Source of the DNA: Octopus vulgaris
Lineage: Eukaryota
NCBI GenBank assembly: GCA_951406725.2
Contig: OX597815.1
Location: 159,712,001 to 159,776,000, forward strand
Direction of reading: 5' to 3'
Length of the DNA: 64,000 nucleotides
The notes under the pieces were generated by a model. It made no database searches and had not been told where the DNA came from. It worked only from the letters and a program-made list of their open reading frames with translations. Shown here piece by piece: positions 12,651 to 26,160 of this stretch. Within the stretch, counting starts at the first letter, position 1; each line of letters starts with the position of its first letter. The position numbers were made by a program, and so were the translations under genes.

Positions 12651-13866
12651 CATGGGGGTCGAACAAAATAATGGAAACACCTTAAAATTTGAAACAAATT
12701 TATTTTAATATGGGGTAGTACTGCCTTTGGTAGTTATTACAGCTTGAATTCTATGAGGTATGAACTTGTACACAGTAGGAATTGTTTCCAAAGGAATTTT
12801 TGTCCATTCTTCAGCTAAAATTGTCTCTAGTTCTTGTAGTGATGATGGTGGAGTATATTGACTCCTTGTTTTTCTAAAATGCTCAATAAATATTCAATAA
12901 TATTGAGATCTGGGGACTGTGGTGGCCAGATAAGATGTTCAACTTCACTAGAATGTTCCTCGTGCCATTCAGTAACAATTTTAGCTGTGTGAATTGGTGC
13001 ATTATCATCCAAAAAGATTGCATTTCCCTCCAGAAACAGTTCCACAACCATAGGATGAATTTAATCAGAAAAATGCTTAAATAGTCTTGACTATTAATTC
13101 TGCCATGAAGAGAAACCACTGAGCTGCCGGACTTCCAAGATATAGCTACCCCCAAATCATCACAGAACCTCCTCCATATTTAAAAGTTAGAAGAAGGCAG
13201 TCTGAGTCAAATGCTTCTTTTGGCTGTCTCCACACATATACTTGGCCGGTGGTCGGAAATAAGGTAAAGGATGACTTGTCCAAGAAAATAACATTCTTCC
13301 ACTGCTCTAGGGACCAATTCTGTAGGTTTCTAAATGCTTTGTAACGTTTGTTTTTGAAAGTAGTGGTTTTGTGATTGCAGCCCTCCCATGAAATCTGGCT
13401 TAATACAGCTCCAGGTGAATAGTTTTTGTGGAAACTGGGTTCTTGAGGTGGTCATTAAGCTCTGCAGTAATTTTGGGAAATGTACTTTTGAGATCCTTTC
13501 TAACAATTTGTATAAGAATCCGACAGTCCCTATCTGAAAGTCTTGGTTTTCTTCCGGAGTTTTGTCTCGACGAAGAGGTTTTTACTCTCTTTCTCAAAGG
13601 CTGTCATTACTTTTGAGACAGTACTTCTTGATATACCAAACATTTCAGCTGTTTTCATTATGCTAGCACCTGCCATATGAGCACCAACAATTTGACCTGT
13701 TTGAAAGTCCGATAGATCTGTCATTTTAATGAATTTTAATTACCTTTTTCTCTTGATATCTGAAAATAAACAGCAATTTTAGCAAAACATATTAAGCATC
13801 ACTAATAATAAATCAAAAAACATAAAATAAACAAGCTGTTGATGATTTTATAGACATTTCAAAATT
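12651..13866 (-). mobile_element. Tc1-like DNA transposon, decayed, one TIR visible
   Basis: TIR ggggtcgaacaaaataatggaaacacc next to TA; contains the transposase pseudogene listed next. Confidence 0.92.
12827..13724 (-). pseudogene. Tc1 (DD34E-type) transposase, frameshifted
   Basis: Fragments MTDLSDFQTGQIVGAHMAGASIMKTAEMFGISRSTVSKV (HTH), SGRKPRLSDRD, and FLDDNAPIHTAK...WPPQSPDLNIIE, split across frames. Confidence 0.92.
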
Positions 13867-14483
13867 ATGTATATATATATAATTCAAAATGTACAGTATT
13901 ATATATCTATCACAGCTGATCTCACCAACTGGTTTCACACAAGGAATACAATGGAGTGTTTAGTGTGTGTGTGTGTATATATATATAAACACACACACAC
14001 ACACAAACGTGTGTGTTTGTATGGTTGTGCATATAAACACTACTCACAAATGAGAATGATATGAATGATTTGAGAAACTGTTACCACATATGCCTGTATC
14101 ACCTCTATTAGTTGATTACAAACTTCATAGATACCAGACTATCACATCATCTCAACTACCAACACCCGAGGGAGCTAGGTTTTTTCTGAAGAACCACTGC
14201 ATAATATATCACACATTCACTCGCACACAGCAGATGCAGTGAAAAGAGTATCAACTGCATTTTTTACCTTGCCTACACTGGTTATGAAAATGTTTTCAGT
14301 AGCATAGAGGTGGAGGCAGTGCTGAAGGTTTCTGGACATGCAAGGGGCTGAGGTGCAATACATCAAATTTCTTAGTAAGGTGAACTTTAGATATACCACC
14401 ACTTGTGTTCATCTGTCAAATGACAATGGTCATCTGTCCATCCTGGAAATGGGTGATAATTTGCACAGTGTCTTTATTTAAAT

Positions 14484-14836
14484 CAGTATTTCTCAACTGT
14501 TTTATACTTATGGGCCCCTTTAATTTCTATTTTACTCAGATAGACCCTCCTAGCCATTTAATGTTTCAAAAATTCCTCTTATGTTTATATAATTAAATTT
14601 ATGCAGCTCTCTTCCTCTCTACTGAGTCACAAAGATTTCTTTCCACAGAGTCCACCAGATCCAGCCTTCACATGCATGAGGAGGCAACCCCTTATTGACC
14701 CAGGAATTGCATAGAAATAATTGTTAAAATATTTTCTGTATTGTAGTAGTAGAACTAATTTATTGCAGATAAATTTCAACATCAAAATCTTATATTGAAC
14801 CTCAGGGGCCATATGAACCCTGCTTGAAAACCACTG
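14484..14836. mobile_element. hAT-like MITE
   Basis: TIRs cagtatttctcaac / cttgaaaaccactg, with an 8-bp target duplication atttaaat / gtttaaaa (6/8 match). Confidence 0.7.
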
Positions 14837-15599
14837 GTTTAAAATGATGAAGGGTTACACATTGTCAGTCTCACTCTTTCATCTGAAAGCATCTTCAATC
14901 CAGTAGCAAGACTAGGTCGAGACAACTAGAGATGAAGAAGCATGCAGTGGGTGACCAAGCTGTCTTGCTTTACTCATCTTGCTTTTTGTACTCCACAGTG
15001 CATTTATGCAGCTCTCTTCCTCTCTACTGAGTCACAAAGATTTCTTCCCACAGAATCCACCATGTATGAGGAGGCAACCCCTTATTGAACCAAAGTTACA
15101 TACCTGTTGGCTCTCTGTTGGGGCGTAGGGTATGCCAAGGCGAGATAGCACCTTTGACAGGAGAACACATTACACTCTGGAAGGTGGTTTCTCCACTTTG
15201 GTCTTCACCTGAAACCCAACATTCACTTGTGGTTCCAAGTAGCTGTTTGCATACACCAACACAGCAGTCAAAGCCTAGTAAACTACTTCAACTGGCAAGC
15301 TAAAATGAGTGAAAGTAACCAATGAGTATGTACCACCTATGTAGCTCTGCAATTATCACTTGTATGAATTCTAGTCAATAAGATCGTCAGACAAAGAGAT
15401 ACCATCTTTTCAAAGCTCTTCTTACTTATCTCGAAATGATCAACAGTAGCATTTATTTAAAAGGTGACATCAACAGTAGTGGCAAGCTGCTAACACACCT
15501 ATGAATCAAAAACGACATTGAACTAATCATAGCAGCGATAATTAACTACAAACCTTGCTGACAGGGCTATATTCCTAGAGCTCAGGTGTAGGTGATAGA

Positions 15600-15801
15600 C
15601 TGATGTATACACACATACACATATGTATGAATATGTGGAAATATGTGCATGTGTGTGGATGTGTGCATATATGTGCATGTGCAGATAACTGCGTGTGTCT
15701 ATGAATCTATGTTTTGTATGTGTGTATATATATACATATATTAGTCTGTTGGTTTCCATACCTGTATCATTCTATATATGGGCACACATATATATATATA
15801 C

Positions 15802-15835
<34 letters not shown>

Positions 15836-16107
15836 CACACACACACACACACTTATACATACACCTACCCACCCACACACACACACCTATATATGCACAT
15901 ACATATATATGTAAGTGTATCAGTGTGTATATATATTCATAAATCTGTATATATATTTATATATAAATATACAGATTTATATATATATATACACACACAC
16001 ACATATATATATACACATAAATATATATATGTGTAAAGATATATATATGTATGTATGTATATGTATGTATGTATATATGTATGTATGTATATGTATGTAT
16101 GTATATG

Positions 16108-16145
<38 letters not shown>

Positions 16146-16167
16146 TGTATGTACATATATGTATATG

Positions 16168-16212
<45 letters not shown>

Positions 16213-16300
16213 ATGTATCTATATATGTATGTACATATATATGTACATACATATATATATATATATATACATACATACACACACATACTTACATACAAAC
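15600..16300. repeat. Compound (TA)n/(CA)n/(TATG)n low-complexity tract
   Basis: Visible dinucleotide and tetranucleotide runs. Confidence 0.9.
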
Positions 16301-17027
16301 ATCTCAAATTCGCGTTGCAAAATCTCTTGCGGCTTTCACCTCAGCTTGCTTTGATTCCCATCTTCCTGATCTCCTGTGAATGCCATAAGATATCTAAGCC
16401 TTGTATAACTGCTTCAACAATATCCAACATGTAAGCATTCAATTATAAAATGGCTTTCATAAACAGAAGCGGAATTTGCCATTGGATATGAAATTCATTG
16501 TACAAAATCCAGCTAGTTGCTCTTATTGTGTGTCTTTGGATCAGTATGTGTTTCCTATTGTAGCCACAAACTTAAGCTATCACTCAGCTTCTTGGTAGAC
16601 TAGCTGCCAGCTTTTATTTGGAACTTTCTCTGATTTTGCTGTGAGATAAACAGAAACTAAACGAAGAGAAATCATTTATCTTGCAAAGATCATGATGTTT
16701 AAAATATGTTGTGGTATACAACAACCATACACAAGAGGGAGAACATGGTCCACAATATATGTAGAATAGATATGAGAAATGATGTGAAGGGGTAGAGGTT
16801 TATTCCATATGTTTACAACCATTTCATAATCTTGTTAGTTATATAATAGATCAATAGATGTTACATTTATATAAAGTATACATATACACACATATATAAA
16901 TAAATGTATATGTTTGTATATGCCTATATATATAGAATGGTACAGGTATGGAAACCAACAGACTCATCTTCAGAATTATACATGGTAATTGAAAACATAA
17001 ACTCTTGTACAGAGAATAAGCTGACTA

Positions 17028-17062
<35 letters not shown>

Positions 17063-19514
17063 CTTTGATACTTTGATAGGTTTCGGCCATTATTGGCCCA
17101 GGCCATGTCTAACTTAATAGCACCACCTGGTGAAGTCTTTCAAGTCAGAATTTGGGCACTATGGCCCACTCAAGTAGAGAGTTATTGTTTACAGAGACAT
17201 ATCCGGGTGTAGGGGGTTTATCCGGGATTTCTTGAAGGAATCTGTCCAAAGACTTCTTGAACCCTATAGGGTCAGTTTCTGTTTTAATGTGTTTTGGTGT
17301 AATGTTAAAGAGAGCGGGGCCAATTGAGGTGAAATAATTGTGCCGTATTGTTGTTATGAGATGAGAGTGCGATTTTTGTTTTGGGCGGATGGCACGGGGC
17401 CCAAGCCTTGGATGTACCTTAAAGATGATGCCAACATCATTTGGGCAATGCTGATGGAATATTTTCCACATCATGCAGATGATATAGCGCTCACGACGAC
17501 GTTGGAGAGAATAGAGTTTTAGCTTTTCTAGTTGACCCCAATAGTCGAGGCCTGTCATGCCATCTATCTTTTTTGTGATTGCCCTTTGAGGTGCTTCGAC
17601 TTTTTTGATACCTTGTATTGTGTGGGGAGACCACAGTGGACAACAGTATTCAAGGTGGGGTCGGGCAAAAGTGGAGAAGAGAAGGATAATGGTGTGGATA
17701 TCTCTCGACTGGAAAGTTCTGAGAATCCAGGAACACATTCTGCGGGCCATGTCAACTTTGGTGTTTATATGAGTGGCCCAGCTTACGTTGTTGTCCACAA
17801 TTACTCCCAAGTCTCTGATGTTGTTGGACGCCGCGAGAGTTTCACCTGAAGGAAGGGAGTATGGGAGTTTCAGGGCATCCTCTTTTCCAAAGTGGATTAG
17901 CTCAAATTTATCCTCGTTCAGCAGCATATTGTTTTTTTCTGCCCATTGGATAACAGCCAGTAGATCTGACTGAAGGCATGTCCGGTCACTCGCCTCATTT
18001 ATGACCTTCTGTAGCTTGGAGTCATCTGCAAAGATTTTTATGTTGCTGTGCTTGATGATGTCATTAATGTCATTAATGTAAATGATGAAAAGAAGTGGGC
18101 CCAGCACAGTGCCTTGCGGAACGCCACTACTGACTTTGGCTGGGCTTGATTTTACCCCTTCAACTACAACATGTTGAGATCTGTCTGTCAGGAAACACTT
18201 AATCCATTTCAGTAACTTTCCAGAGACACCAATGTTGGATAGTTTTTTCAATAGGATCTTGTGATCGACCCTGTCGAAGGCCTTACTGAAATCAAGGTAG
18301 ATGACATCGGTGTTGGAGCCCTCTCCCAAAGCTCTCAAAATGTCCTCAAAGTGATGCAGGAGCTGCGTTAGGCAGTCCCTTCCATTACGGAACCCATGTT
18401 GGTTGGAGATCAGCCGTCTGTTGCTTTCCAGAAATTGGGTTATTTGAGATCTCACCACCCTCTCAAATACCTTGATGATATGAGAGGTGAGTGAGATCGG
18501 ACGGTAATTCACTGCAAGGGACTTGTTTCCCTTTTTGAAAACTGGGACAACAGACTGGGACAGAAGGTTTTTGGAATATAGCCAGCATCCAGTGAGTTTC
18601 TCCACAGATTAGCAAGGGGAGATGCAAGTTGGTGTCGACACACCTTCAGGACACAAGCAGGGAACCTATCGGGGCCTACTGCTGAATTGTGTTTTATTTC
18701 GTTTATCGCCGCTAAGACATCAGGGGCACTAAACGTTATGTCCGATATAGTGTGTTGGGGGTTGACATCACTGATACAGCCCAGATCGGCCATATCAGGA
18801 TTGCTGAAAACAGAGCAGTATTGTTTCTGCAGTATCTCGGCCATGGATTTGGCATTATCTTGGAGAGTGCCAGTTTCGTCAATTAGAGGGCCTACAGTGG
18901 AGACAGTGACCCTGCGTTTCCTCGCAAATGAAAAGAACACTTTGGGGTTGAGTTTGATTTTTTCAATGGCCCACTTCTCCTCAGCTGATCTTTGGTTATT
19001 GATGAGGGACTTCATGCATTGTTGGAGGTTATATTTTTTGGATTCAAGCAGTGCGATAGCCGTCGAATGTGTGTGTTGCTGTTGGTAGTACTTTAGTTTG
19101 TTAATTTTTTTGTTTGTTCTTTTTATTTTTCTGATAATGGTTTTTCTGTTTTGGGGGATTCTGCACTTTTTGTTCACAGGTCTTGGTGGGGAGTGTTTTG
19201 CACATATGTCTGTGACGGTGTCTACAAAGATCTGCCAAGATGTTTTATGGTTGGTGGAGATGTGTGTATGTGTAAAGGACCAGTCAACATTTGATAGCTC
19301 GTTCCTGATTGCATCCCAGTTGGCTTTATGGAGATCCATGTTGTCAAATGGGTGGGCTGGAGGAAGGTCACTAGGATTAGCTTTCGGCTGGTGGAATTTC
19401 ATGTTACAGAGAACCATGTCATGGTCTGAAAGAAGGGTTTTTTCCACTGTAACGTTATGTATAGTGTTAGTGTGGTTACTAAACACTAGGTCCAAAATGT
19501 TCTGATGTCTTGTT

Positions 19515-19517
<3 letters not shown>
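17063..19517 (-). mobile_element. CR1-group LINE, 5'-truncated, inserted in (TA)n
   Basis: ORF2 remnant followed by a short 3'UTR with hairpin GGCCA-ATAA-TGGCC and a (TATCAAAG)2 tail; (TA)n on both flanks. Confidence 0.92.
17145..19517 (-). pseudogene. LINE ORF2 (APE C-terminal end plus reverse transcriptase), single frameshift at about 18570
   Basis: APE end [15 protein letters not shown]; RT motifs NYRPISLTS, QHGFR, YLDFSKAFDRVDH, GVPQGTVLGPLLF, FADD, DLGV; C-terminal LQRRRER and GPALFN. The two ORFs (360 aa and 486 aa) join at a T5 run at 18568-18572. Confidence 0.95.
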
Positions 19518-19578
<61 letters not shown>

Positions 19579-19616
19579 TATACATATACATATATATACA
19601 TTTATATATCTCTCTC

Positions 19617-19686
<70 letters not shown>

Positions 19687-19704
19687 TGTGTATGTATGTA
19701 TGTA

Positions 19705-19742
<38 letters not shown>

Positions 19743-19748
<6 letters not shown>

Positions 19749-19961
19749 TGGCCAAAAGTCACCTGGCAGTAAATCAAGTTCCAAGATTTATTTTATGTTA
19801 AACAACTAAATTGATTTAATAAAAGCATCGAAATACACAGTGATTTTTATCTCACAGCATTCAATTATTAAACATTCATATTTGGAATGAATAAATAAAA
19901 TTGAATATTAAAGTACTTATGGAATTATGATTTACTGTCAGGTGACTTTTGGCTAACTCTG
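19743..19961. mobile_element. Tc1/mariner-type MITE
   Basis: About 34-bp TIRs agggttggccaaaagtcacctggcagtaaatca / tgatttactgtcaggtgacttttggctaactctg in a TA context. Confidence 0.85.
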
Positions 19962-19984
19962 TGTATATATATACATATATATAT

Positions 19985-20182
19985 GTGTGCCTGTGCAGGT
20001 GGCACGTAAAAAGCACCCACTACACTCACGGAGTGGTTGGCGTTAGGAAGGGCATCCAGCTGTAGAAACATTGCCAGATAAAACTGGAGCCTGGTGCAGC
20101 CTTCTGGCTTCCCAGATCCCCGGTCGAACTGTCCAACCCATGCTAGCATGGAGAACGGACGTTAAACGATGATGATGATGAT
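19985..20182 (+). mobile_element. Family C retroposon
   Basis: cctgtgcaggtggcacgtaaaaagcacc...ggacgttaaac(gat)n. Confidence 0.88.
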
Positions 20183-20387
20183 GTGTGTGTATGTATATAT
20201 GTATACACACACACACACATATGAACATCATATCTTTATGTAATCAGCTTTGAAAACTTGTCAAGATATTAAGATATTTTCTTCACATGAAACCAATGGT
20301 AGTTTTTATACACAAATAAAGAAATTTTATCCACCAATGCACTGTTAAGCACTCATTCTCATAGTTTGAAATTTACATATATATATG

Positions 20388-20769
20388 AGTGGTTGGTGTT
20401 AGGAAGGGCTTCCAGCTGTCAAAATCCTGCCAAAATAGTCACAGAAATTAGGTGCAGGCTTCTGCCTGGCCAGCTCTTGTGAAACTGTCCCACCTATGTT
20501 AGCATGGAAGGCAGATGTTAAACGATATGATGACGACAATATTTTTTTAAAAAATATTCTTTTTATTTGTTTCAGTCATTTTACTGCAGCCATACTGGAG
20601 CACCACCTTTACTTGAACAAATCGACCCCAGGACTTATTCTTTGTATGCTTAGTACTTTTTCTATTGGTCACTTTTGCTGAACTGCTAGATTACAGAGAC
20701 ATAAATACACCAACATTGATTGTCAAGTGATGGTGGGGGGCACAAACACCGACTCACAAACATACATAC

Positions 20770-20800
<31 letters not shown>

Positions 20801-21170
20801 CATGTTAAAATGATGTATGGTAAGAATTTTGCTTCCTAATCACACGGTTATGGGTTGAATCCCACTGTGTGGCACCGTATGCAAGTGTCTTTTCCTAAAA
20901 CCGCAGGTTGACCAAAGTTTTGAGAGTGGATTTAGTAGTTAGAAACTGAAAGAAGCTCATCATGTGTGTGTGTGTGTGTGTGTGTGTTGTATCTGTATTT
21001 GTCCCCCACCACTGCTTGACAACCATTGTTGGTATGTTTATATCCCTGTAACTAAGCAGATCAGCAAAAGAGAGCAATACAATATGTACTATGCTTAACA
21101 AAATGGTACTGGATTTGATTTATTCAACTAAAAATCCTTCAATAAGGAGCCCCAGCATGGTCGTAACATG
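20388..21170. mobile_element. SINE cluster: family C (+, 20388-20535), family A tail (-, 20560-20765), family A (+, 20815-21170)
   Basis: Same diagnostic motifs as other copies. Confidence 0.75.
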
Positions 21171-21346
21171 TGAAAGATATATGTATACATATTCATGCAC
21201 ACACACACATGAACATGTGTGTGTGTGTATATATATGTATATATATATATATATATATATGGAGAGTGAATGTGAAAACGAAAAATAATTCATATATATA
21301 TATTTAACATCCACCTTCCATGCTGGCATGAGTGGATATATATATG

Positions 21347-21402
<56 letters not shown>

Positions 21403-22062
21403 CACACATACATATAGGCACACATACTTATGTATATACACATGAACATATAAACAATAATAGAAATTGTCAAAATAGGATCCAGAATATCCACAAAATC
21501 ACAGAATTTCTAAACATAGCCTTATATCAGTGATGTTGATATTCTTACATATATATTGAGCATTAACAATTTCAGAGCAATAAAACATTGCATGTCAGTA
21601 AAAATGATTGAAAATTTAGAACTAAGATATTTTTAGATTATCTGGCTGGCTTTGCTTTCATTCTACACCATATTTTCATTTTGATAGTACTATTTTTAAA
21701 AAATATAAAATAAAAAAAAAATTAAGGTTTCGTAAGTCTACTCGCACCACCAAAAATACAGAACAGTAAAATTGAATTACACTCTAAGTTCTGCTGTTAT
21801 TCATATCTTCTGTCAACAGTGATTCAAATGCCATCCACTAGTTAGTTATCCTTGACATGCAGGCTGTTGTATATTCATAATCCTATAGAAACAAAATTAT
21901 ACCTCCAAATCTAATTCCGAGAAATGTATTTATTCTCAGTCCAATCTGCTCTTATCCTATTGAACATTATGTAATTTTTTTTTTTTCCTGAGGTATTCCT
22001 ATATGGAATCATGGAACTGGTGTGAAAATGTATAGAGAATTGCAGTTGAATATTTCTTTCTA

Positions 22063-22097
<35 letters not shown>

Positions 22098-22212
22098 GCA
22101 TGTCCTCTCACACACAAACACACACACACATATATATACACCTATATACATACATATATGTACATATATATACATACATACATATCTGTCCATATATATA
22201 TATATATATAAT

Positions 22213-22404
22213 CAAAATAAGCAACAGGATATCAAGTAGTGATACAGTATGACCATTTCAATCAGCTTCATTTAATTGAAGAATGCAATCATTACAACAA
22301 TTTAATTGCATTTAAATTGATGTAATGATTGCATTGTTCAATTAAATCGAGCCACTTGAAACAATCGTACTGCATTGCTACTTGATATACTGTTACTTAT
22401 TTCG
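22213..22404. repeat. Imperfect inverted repeat (about 93-bp arms) flanked by (TA)n; probable PLE-type inverted terminus
   Basis: caaaataagcaacaggatatcaagtag...aatttaa pairs with ttaaattgatgtaatgattgcatt...ctacttgatatactgttacttatttcg. Confidence 0.75.
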
Positions 22405-24709
22405 ATTTTATTCACCTTACTTTGAGGTGTGCGGATAATACCGGACTGACTTGGTGCTTCAACTGAATCTTAGTTATTTCTTTTATACATATATATATAT
22501 ATATATATATTCATACATACATACATATATACATAACTATAACTTAGCAGTTTGGCAGAAGAAATATATAAAATAAGTACCAGGCTTTAGAAATATGCAA
22601 GTCCTGGGATCGCTTCATTCAACTAAAAACTCTTCAAGGCAGTGCCCCAGCATGGCCATTGTCTAATGACTGAAACAAGGAAAAGATTAAAAGAATCACT
22701 TCATCGAAATCTTGAAGAGAAAAGACAATGTGTGATTGATTCACAACAATGCTAATAAATAAGCATTATATTTGACCGAGTGATCTGAATGTTGATGGGT
22801 TAAATCAGGGTATCATCTTCCCAGACTATGAAATACCCAACACACGCATCAGTGATGGAATTGTCTGAGCACAAAGAAATCAAGTATCATCATTTAATAG
22901 GTTGTTGCGTTGAAAAATTGAAGCTAGGGTGTGTCCATGATTAAGCAAGATCTTTCTAGAGTTTCAGAGAGATCAATGATGATGTTTCATCTGTCATCTT
23001 TAGAAATTACAAGACATCCTAGTTTTGCTATTCTCAGCCTATGATGAAAGAAACCTAATGCTATCCTTAATTCAAATACAAGAGCTAGGAATTATTGACT
23101 TTGAACAAGAACTAATCGCCCAGGGGTTTTTTTTTTTCTTTTTTGATATTTTTTCCATGTCACCCAGCATCTCTTTGAAATTCAGAAAATTATCTAATTA
23201 TTTCTGTTGACAACATTATGAAAGGTATCAATTAGCAAGTTTCAGCATTTCTTTCTGAAACCTGGTTAAAGCCATTTTTGCTATCTTCGTGTTTTAAAAT
23301 GATGTTGCAACAAGATTATGATATCTGTAACATGACATGCTGTTACTGTGACAACTGTAATTACAACTTATGCATTCCTACCAGCTAGTGAGGGAACCTC
23401 TGTCTGATCTCTCTACTTGTTAGATATAGCTGCTTAACATCCCTCAAAATTACACCCTACCATCTTTTAAAAAAATGAGAAAACAGGTGAAGTAGTAGAA
23501 TGCAAAACTTTATGAGCTACACAGCAATTTACAAATGTGAATGGTAGAGCTCTTCCAGCAAAAATATATTCTTGCTTTATATAATAGCATATTCTTTGAA
23601 TCTCTTTTATCTTTTTCTTGTTTCAATTATTTGACTGTGACCATGTTGGGGCTCTGCATTTTAGTCGAAGAAATATCTATATACATATATGACAGGCTTC
23701 TTTCAGTTTCTATTTACCACATCCACTCACAACGCTTTGGTTGGCCAAGGTTTCATGTAGTGAGACTAAACACAGAACCATGTAGTTGTGAAGCAAGATT
23801 CTTACCACATAGCCATACCTGTGCCTATTTTTGGGTTTCCTCATTTGTTTGTACAATTTTTGACTTCTAGTTCTATGGGAGAAAGGAATGCACAATCCAA
23901 AACACTGATGGTTCAAATTTATATGACTCTGATCTTCCTGAAAAATGTAGTTTCAGTTATACACTGAAACAGAAGATGGCAGAATGGCAGAGACATTGCA
24001 GCATTGGATAGAATGCTTCCTAATATTTGTTCCAACCTTCTGTGCTCAGAGTTCAATTCCACCAAGATCTACTTAATTTGTTATTCTTTTAGAGTAAATA
24101 AAAAAAAGTACCAGTACAGTTTGTTGGCTTGCTTAGAACTATTACAGAATCAAACAAGATGTCTTGTGGTACCTCTTCTAGCTTTTGGCATTCTGACTCT
24201 AGGGACAAATTGTATCTGCCTGAGTGTATAGAATTTTCCTTAGATAAGGACTAGTAGCATAAAGATGAAGAAGTGTGCATGCATGAGCAACTCCCAGGCT
24301 TCCTTCATGTAATCTTGCCCATATTTGTGCATATATGTGTAAATGTAAGGTCAGACATGACTAATGGAGGCCCTAGTATACTGATGTATTTTGACTAGTG
24401 TCTTCATTCTGAGGACAACAGTAAAAAAATATGTGTGTCACATGTGAATTCTGACCACCATCATCATCATTTTAAGGTTCACATTTCCATGCTCACATGG
24501 GCTGGACAGAGTTTGTTGAGTCAGATTTTCTATAGTTTGATGTCCTTTCTGTCACCAGCACTTACCTGTTTCCATGGAAAGTAATATTCCCTCATGACCT
24601 GACATGTGTACACAAAAGTATTGAAAGAAAGACATTACTTGTATGATAGCTCTTGCTTACGGCTGTCATGCAAAGCCAAGGCAAAGAGACAGTAACACAT
24701 ACACACATA

Positions 24710-24937
24710 TGAAGGGATTCTTTCTGTTTCCATCAACCAAATCCACTAACAAGGCTTTGGCTACCACACAGTTGTCCCCAGAGTACCACACAACTAGACT
24801 TGCTCTGGGTACCACACAATTGAACTTGCTCTGGGTACCATACAATTGGACTTGCTCTGGGCACCACAGTTTGACTAGGACCTAAAATCACATGGTTGGA
24901 AGGCAAGCTTCTTAACCATACAATCACACCCGTGCCT
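24710..24937 (-). mobile_element. Family A SINE containing a 26-bp tandem amplification (24783-24875)
   Basis: gtaccacacaactagacttgctctgg x3 plus a partial copy, inside the SINE head and core. Confidence 0.75.
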
Positions 24938-25241
24938 ATAATGTATGATTGTGATAACTCTTTATCTCAGAAATCTGTGTGAATTTCTTATAGCAACTAA
25001 CCCATCTTTTAGCATATGTCTGCTCATTTAGTGCAAAGCTGTAGACTAAACAGCAGCAGCAAAATTACAGGTGCGTCCAGGCTTGAGAGTTTAAAACTGG
25101 ATCAATATTACTGGGAAAAGTAAATTTTAAAAGACCTCTAAAAGCAAAACACATTTTGATTTTTAGATCATTAATTAGTGAATGAATGCTAGAGAAATAA
25201 TTGCACAGGTAAGGACAATATGTATTGAGTGTGTGTATATG

Positions 25242-25686
25242 TGCAGGTGTGGTTGTGTGTTAAGAAGTTTTACTTCCCAACCAAATGGCTATGGGTTCAT
25301 TCCTCCTGTGTGACCTTTTAGGCAAATGTCTTCTAATACAGCCACAGGCCAATCAAACCTCTGTGGGTGGGGTTTGTAGATGGAACCTGAAAGAAATTTA
25401 TTGTGTGTGTGTGTCTTTGTGTTTGTCCCTTGCCACCACTTCACAATCACTTTTGGTTCTTACTCTTTTACTTGTATCAGTCATTTGACTACAGCCATGC
25501 TGGAGCACCATGTTGAAGGGTTCTAGCCGAAGAAATCAACCCCAGGGCTTATTCTTTGTAAGCCTAATAGTTATTCTATTGGTCTCTTTTTCCAAACTGC
25601 TAAGTTATGGGGATGTAAATGCACCAACATTAGTTGTCAAGTGATGGTGGGGAGACAAACACTGACACACACACACACATGCACAC

Positions 25687-25734
<48 letters not shown>

Positions 25735-26160
25735 ATGTATATCATAATTATTTGACTTCCATTTTCCATGCTGACATATATGTGTAAATATATATATACA
25801 TGTGTGTGTGTGTGTATATATATGTATATTAATACACAATGGGCTTCTTTCAGTTTCCGTCTACCAAGAATCATTTGGTTAGGAAGCAAGCTTCTTATTT
25901 CTTTATTGCCCACAAGGGGCTAAACATAAAGGGGACAAACAAGGACAGACAAAGAGATTAAGTCAATTATATCAACCCCAGGCCGTAACTGGTACTTAAT
26001 TTATCAACCCCAAAAGTGTGAAAGGCAAAGTTGACCTCGGCGGAATTTGAACTCAGAACGTAACAGCAGACGAAATACTGCTAAGCATTTCACCTGGCAT
26101 GCTAACGATTCTGCCAACTCACCACCTTGAGGCAAGCTTCTTACCACACAGCTATGCCCT
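25242..26160. mobile_element. Family A SINEs in opposite orientations (+ 25242-25445; - 25465-26160, interrupted by a family B insertion)
   Basis: Head and tail motifs as in 4962-5337. Confidence 0.8.
25898..26131 (-). mobile_element. Family B (Meta-type) SINE, full length, alternative 3' tail, with 12-bp target-site duplication
   Basis: TSD gcaagcttctta at 25886-25897 and 26132-26143; tail ...tttagccccttgtgggcaataaagaaa. Confidence 0.9.

Noticed and set aside
15358-15397. Minus-strand CTGACGA motif
   Set aside because: GAAT replaces GAAA and helices II and III are poor
16935-16980. Minus-strand CTGAAGA followed by a hairpin-like segment
   Set aside because: The GAAA box is absent (CATAC) and helix I does not pair; too degenerate to call
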